Shown here in pieces: positions 59,751 to 64,000 of a stretch of DNA of 64,000 bases. This stretch comes from Mytilus californianus (Eukaryota): contig NW_026262723.1 in NCBI RefSeq assembly GCF_021869535.1, positions 112,282,001 to 112,346,000 of the forward strand, written 5' to 3'. Both the position numbers and the translations under genes were made by a program. Below the pieces are notes generated by a model, which was given only the letters and a program-made list of their open reading frames with translations, was not told the DNA's origin and searched no databases. Numbering within the stretch: the stretch's first letter is position 1; each line of letters begins with the position of its first letter.

Positions 59751-62700
59751 ATACGACAACTTAACCCTATTGTTTGGAAATAAACAGAAGAAACAATCAA
59801 TACATTGATGTAGTATTAGGTCTAATAATGGCAAATGTCAGTCTCTCAGGTGAATATAAAACAGTATTAAGGTTATTGTTCTGTCTGCTTGAATACGTGC
59901 TTCAGTAATTTAATTATCATCTTACAATAGAATAGAGTGCTTAATTACCATGAAGAGAAAAGAAACGAAATTATATTAAATATTACCACAATTATTGTAT
60001 TGTATATTCATATGTTAAAAATTGCATGTATAAATGTTACTTTAATTTAACAATAGTGCATGGTATCATGGTTATAAAATAGCTAGAAACTCAAACCTTT
60101 AAATCATAAAGTTCTAACTAAGTAAGCTACCATCTTTACGAAGGCTACTAAAATTCCAAAAATCTACCAATATAATTCAAATATACATCTTCATGTGAAA
60201 GTTAAAAACAATAGAAAGTAAAGTTTTTGTTAGAACAAAAAAAAATAAACAAGGGCATGTCCAAAAACAACACATGCATTACAAAAGAAAGTTGAAAAAA
60301 AAAAAAAAAAAACACACACAAAAAACTGAAACTAAAGAAACACGAACACCATCGAAAAGCATGGGGTTATGAAGATAGTGCAGAATTTACCTTTAAATCA
60401 ACAGGTAATTCTATGATAGTCATGTTGAAAATTACAAAATTCAATAAACAAATCAAATTTGACTGTTCGATTGTCGCTCATGAATTGTTAAGCTAGATCG
60501 TCGGACTGTAAATGTTAGTCAACAATCACAGAGTCCACGTGATTTGATATGATTGAAACAAGGTTGTTGGTGTCATAGTATTTTAATCTCTCTCTACGTC
60601 CCTTTTATTTTTGGGATTTTGCAAATTTACTTTAGTGATGTATGATGAAATTTATTTAGAAAATCAGGTTAGTGAAACATTAAAATGAACTTATACTATC
60701 AATAATATCTCTAATAAGAAGAAGGAAGTGTACTAGTAATACAAAGTTATATATCAATATATTTTGCACTAGAAAAAGAGAACGTCAGTAAATTATCAGT
60801 AGAACTCATGTCCTCGAAAGTTTTATGGACGCCATCATGATTTAGTTCACTATTACACTGTAAATCGACCGATGACAATGGATATATTGAGTATGTATCT
60901 TACTGAAAATCCCATTCTGTTTTCCAGATATTTTAAAAGAGGGACAAAAGATACCAGAGGGACAGTCAAACTCATAGATCGAAAACAAACTGACAACGCC
61001 ATGGCCAAAAACAAAAAGACAAACAGACAAGTAATAGTACAGATGACACAACATAGAAAACTAAAGACTAAGCAACACGAACCCCACCAAAAACTGGGGG
61101 TGATCTCAGGTGCTCCAGAAGGGTAAGCAGATTCTGCTCAACATGTGGAAAAATCGCAAAATACGGCATGTCACTATTGCGTTTAGCTTAAATGAAATGA
61201 GCAGCACGTCAGGTGCTACTAGTTGCATACCAACAAAATTGAAAGTGCTTCTTTGAAAGACACTAACTTACCTTACTTGCATTACGAATGACTGCAGTTA
61301 ATTGGTTTCAGTCAAATAACTTAGCATTATTGCCAATGTACAAACAGATTGCAGAGAGATACTTTATATTCAAGTTAAGACTTGTTCTCTTACAATTAAA
61401 TTTGGACTTCATTATTCGATATATCAGCTTATGCATGATGAAGTTTTGATGAGATGTTGTAAGAGAAGTGACATAGATTTGAATCCGATATATTCTACAA
61501 AATGCAATAAATATTTTTCCAAAGAGTTAGATAAGAAAGTCAAATGTTTGTATGTATCAGATGGCATTTTGTAGATAAGGTTTTTCATCAATGGCAAAAT
61601 TAGTTCTGGTTGGTACTGACGCGATATTTAAACAAAGAAATTAGCATATAAAAGATATGTAGGATAAGCCAAGACCGATACAGCTATGACAGGGCAAAGA
61701 CCCCTGGACAAGATTTTAACCCACTCATAACAAAATTATGTTATAAGAGGATGTACGTTTGAAATATGTGACCAATGCGTTTTTATTTCAGTGTTTAAGC
61801 GAACTATTACAACAAATCATGAAGAATTGGAAAATTTACATTCACCACAAGCATTTCTTTTTAGAAGTTAACAGTTATGCACATAAAAGTCATATAAAAA
61901 GCACCGTTTAAATTGTTTTTGGTTGCTTTGAGATAACAAATTTTCGATGTAGCGTTCTTTGAGGTGTTATTTTTTCAACATCATAGTTGATAGCAAAGGT
62001 TTCATATTCACATGGCATAGTTGGTTGAAATCTAGACTGGGCTCCTAGCTAACAATGACATTTTTCTCTTTTTTGTATAGATTGAAAATTTTCGTTTATG
62101 GCATGCATAACAAAAAATGTATGCCATGGAGTTTGTAATTATGGTATACATTTTTTTTTGTTTGGCATGTATTTCATAGAACAAAATGTATATGATATAA
62201 TTGAAATATATCATACGAGGAGATAAATGTTGATAAAATGTACATTAACGCCGAAACAGATTCATGTGACTTTAAAGACCACTTATTAAACGTTATAAAT
62301 GTATGTCTTTTCTTATTTCTTATTTGTGTAGTCGGGTTACCGTCTTATTGATTTTTCCCCCACAACTTATTTTATTCAAATGGAAATTAATTGATATGCG
62401 GACCACCCTTCTCCTTTTTTTTTGTTGCTACAAAAAAAAATGATGCTGAATAGCAATAGATGAGAACGTGTTGACAAGGGTCATACCAAATATTTTAATG
62501 GTTTACAAAGGCAAATACCACTTTTTTAAATGTATACATTCGAAGTGCTTTTGTAGATTTACCTTCATAAAGGCTCTCAGAAATAAATATTTGAAAGCTA
62601 GGTATGTATTAGAATCGAAATATGTGACGATCTATGTGACAAAAAGGGAACTTGATATATAAGCCAAATCCATTTATGGTCAACTTTGTCTGAGGTAGTT

Positions 62701-64000
62701 GGAACATTAAGTAAAAGCACTTTATTATAAAAGCAATTCATCTCAATTGCCTGTATTCCTATTTCTTGTTATCTGAGTTTTCTTAAAGACAATTACATAA
62801 CTGAAGTTACCGATGATAAATTCATATAATGTTGTATTAAAAATGCCCCTTTTTTGTAGAAAGTACATAATTGATTTTTAAATTTTCATCCACAAAACAA
62901 TACTCCCTTCTATCTGTGTTCATGTTCAGACTTTAAACATAACGAATAATTCTCTTTTTCGCCAATGTTAAAAGCTTGTATCATATAAAAAACTTTTTAT
63001 AAATAATGGTTTTGTATTATACCCCGGTACTTTACTTTTCTAATACATCTTTGTCTAGATTCAATAAATGTTCATCACATTAATTGTTTAAATTATATCA
63101 ACAGTAGCGATTGTTTTCAGTATCACTTTATTTGTTCTCCCAATTTGATCAGTATTTGGATTGAGTTAATGCTTTTCTAGACCGTCAAAAAGTTTATTAG
63201 CAGGGAACATAAATGTTAAACAAACTGATTTTCAACTAATTGCAAAGGAAATCAGATTGCTACATTCAATCAATGTTTTATTAAAATCTCATTTATCAAA
63301 AAGTAGAATATACAGCTATCAATATATAATGCATGATACATGAAGTGAGTGCAATTCTATATAAAATTATAATTGACTGTTAAAATGCATAGGAATATAA
63401 TGTTTAAACAAAATTAATAACATTCGTATTACAAAAAAAAATACGAAATATATACATTCCTGGAACAAAATCAGAGGGGATGAAGGTTAATGGAGAAAAG
63501 AGCTTCGGACGCCCTAAATTTATATTTTCATAATCTAGCATAGCATCAGGGTACAAGTAGCTCAGTGATCAGTGCTTCAGCTCTGTAATGATTTATAAAA
63601 TACATACGTTTCTAAAATTCTTTTTTGATAAATATTGGAATGATTTAAAGACAAAGATTCAATTTCCCTTTGCCAATTTGACCTTAGATGAATTATGATA
63701 TTCGTTTAAGTCTCTTTTGGTCATAGATCACCTCAGGATTTGATAATAACCTTGGCTTTTATTTTTTTGTTTCTACGTCCCTGGCTGAAAATCCAGAGAA
63801 GTGCTTCACACCAAATTCATAAAGTGTTTTTCATTATTACCACAGGTATCATAGTTAGATCTGATAAGGAAAAAACTTATTTATGAATGTTATCTCAAAA
63901 TTTAAACATTTCATTACAGGTATAACTTTCATCATCATAAAAACGTCAAAAAGAGGACTTTCCATTTAAACATGCAAATCGTCTTCAATTAGCACATTTC

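Larger units (their letters stand above)
56330..60385. repeat. Partial, more diverged copy 4 of the unit (distal ~3 kb plus insertions)
   Basis: Anchors ggaaagttggaaaa.catcgc (56349), ggacatgttagaaat (56754), ataactactgat (57798), ttcaacatcagta (59449), caaatgtcagtctc (59832) and cacgaacaccat.gaaaagcat (60341). Confidence 0.85.

Noticed and set aside
61150-62214. Scattered 40-60 aa open stretches on both strands
   Set aside because: No consistent frame, splice phase or motif could be assembled; cannot distinguish from chance.

Overview
AT-rich eukaryotic, non-genic DNA. The repeat families resemble those of a mytilid bivalve (inference from recalled repeats, not searched). I see no intact host gene, rRNA, true tRNA or CRISPR array, and nearly all ORF-track calls are chance frames or pieces of transposons. 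The window has four parts. (a) 1-4143: a 5'-truncated, decayed Tx1/L1-type LINE inside a near-identical 3.3-kb tandem duplication. (b) ~4.1-7.9 kb: a mosaic of repeats and hammerhead relics. (c) ~7.9-60.4 kb: a tandem array of a 14-17.5 kb unit, with three long copies and a diverged partial fourth. Each copy carries its own insertions, and the sister copies often show the empty site. These insertions are a V-type SINE with a 13-bp TSD, a Naiad-type Penelope RT, a Helentron-type HINE with a satellite core, and a TGT..ACA DNA transposon with a 4-bp TSD. (d) 60.4-64 kb: featureless tail. The most unusual object is at 55700-56310: a ~409-bp partially tandem element between (TA)n tracts. It folds into a type I hammerhead-ribozyme topology whose cleaved (GUC) strand is the element's own tRNA-derived Pol III A-box head. 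The core of this copy is mutated. Boundaries are read by eye, and those marked ~ are approximate.
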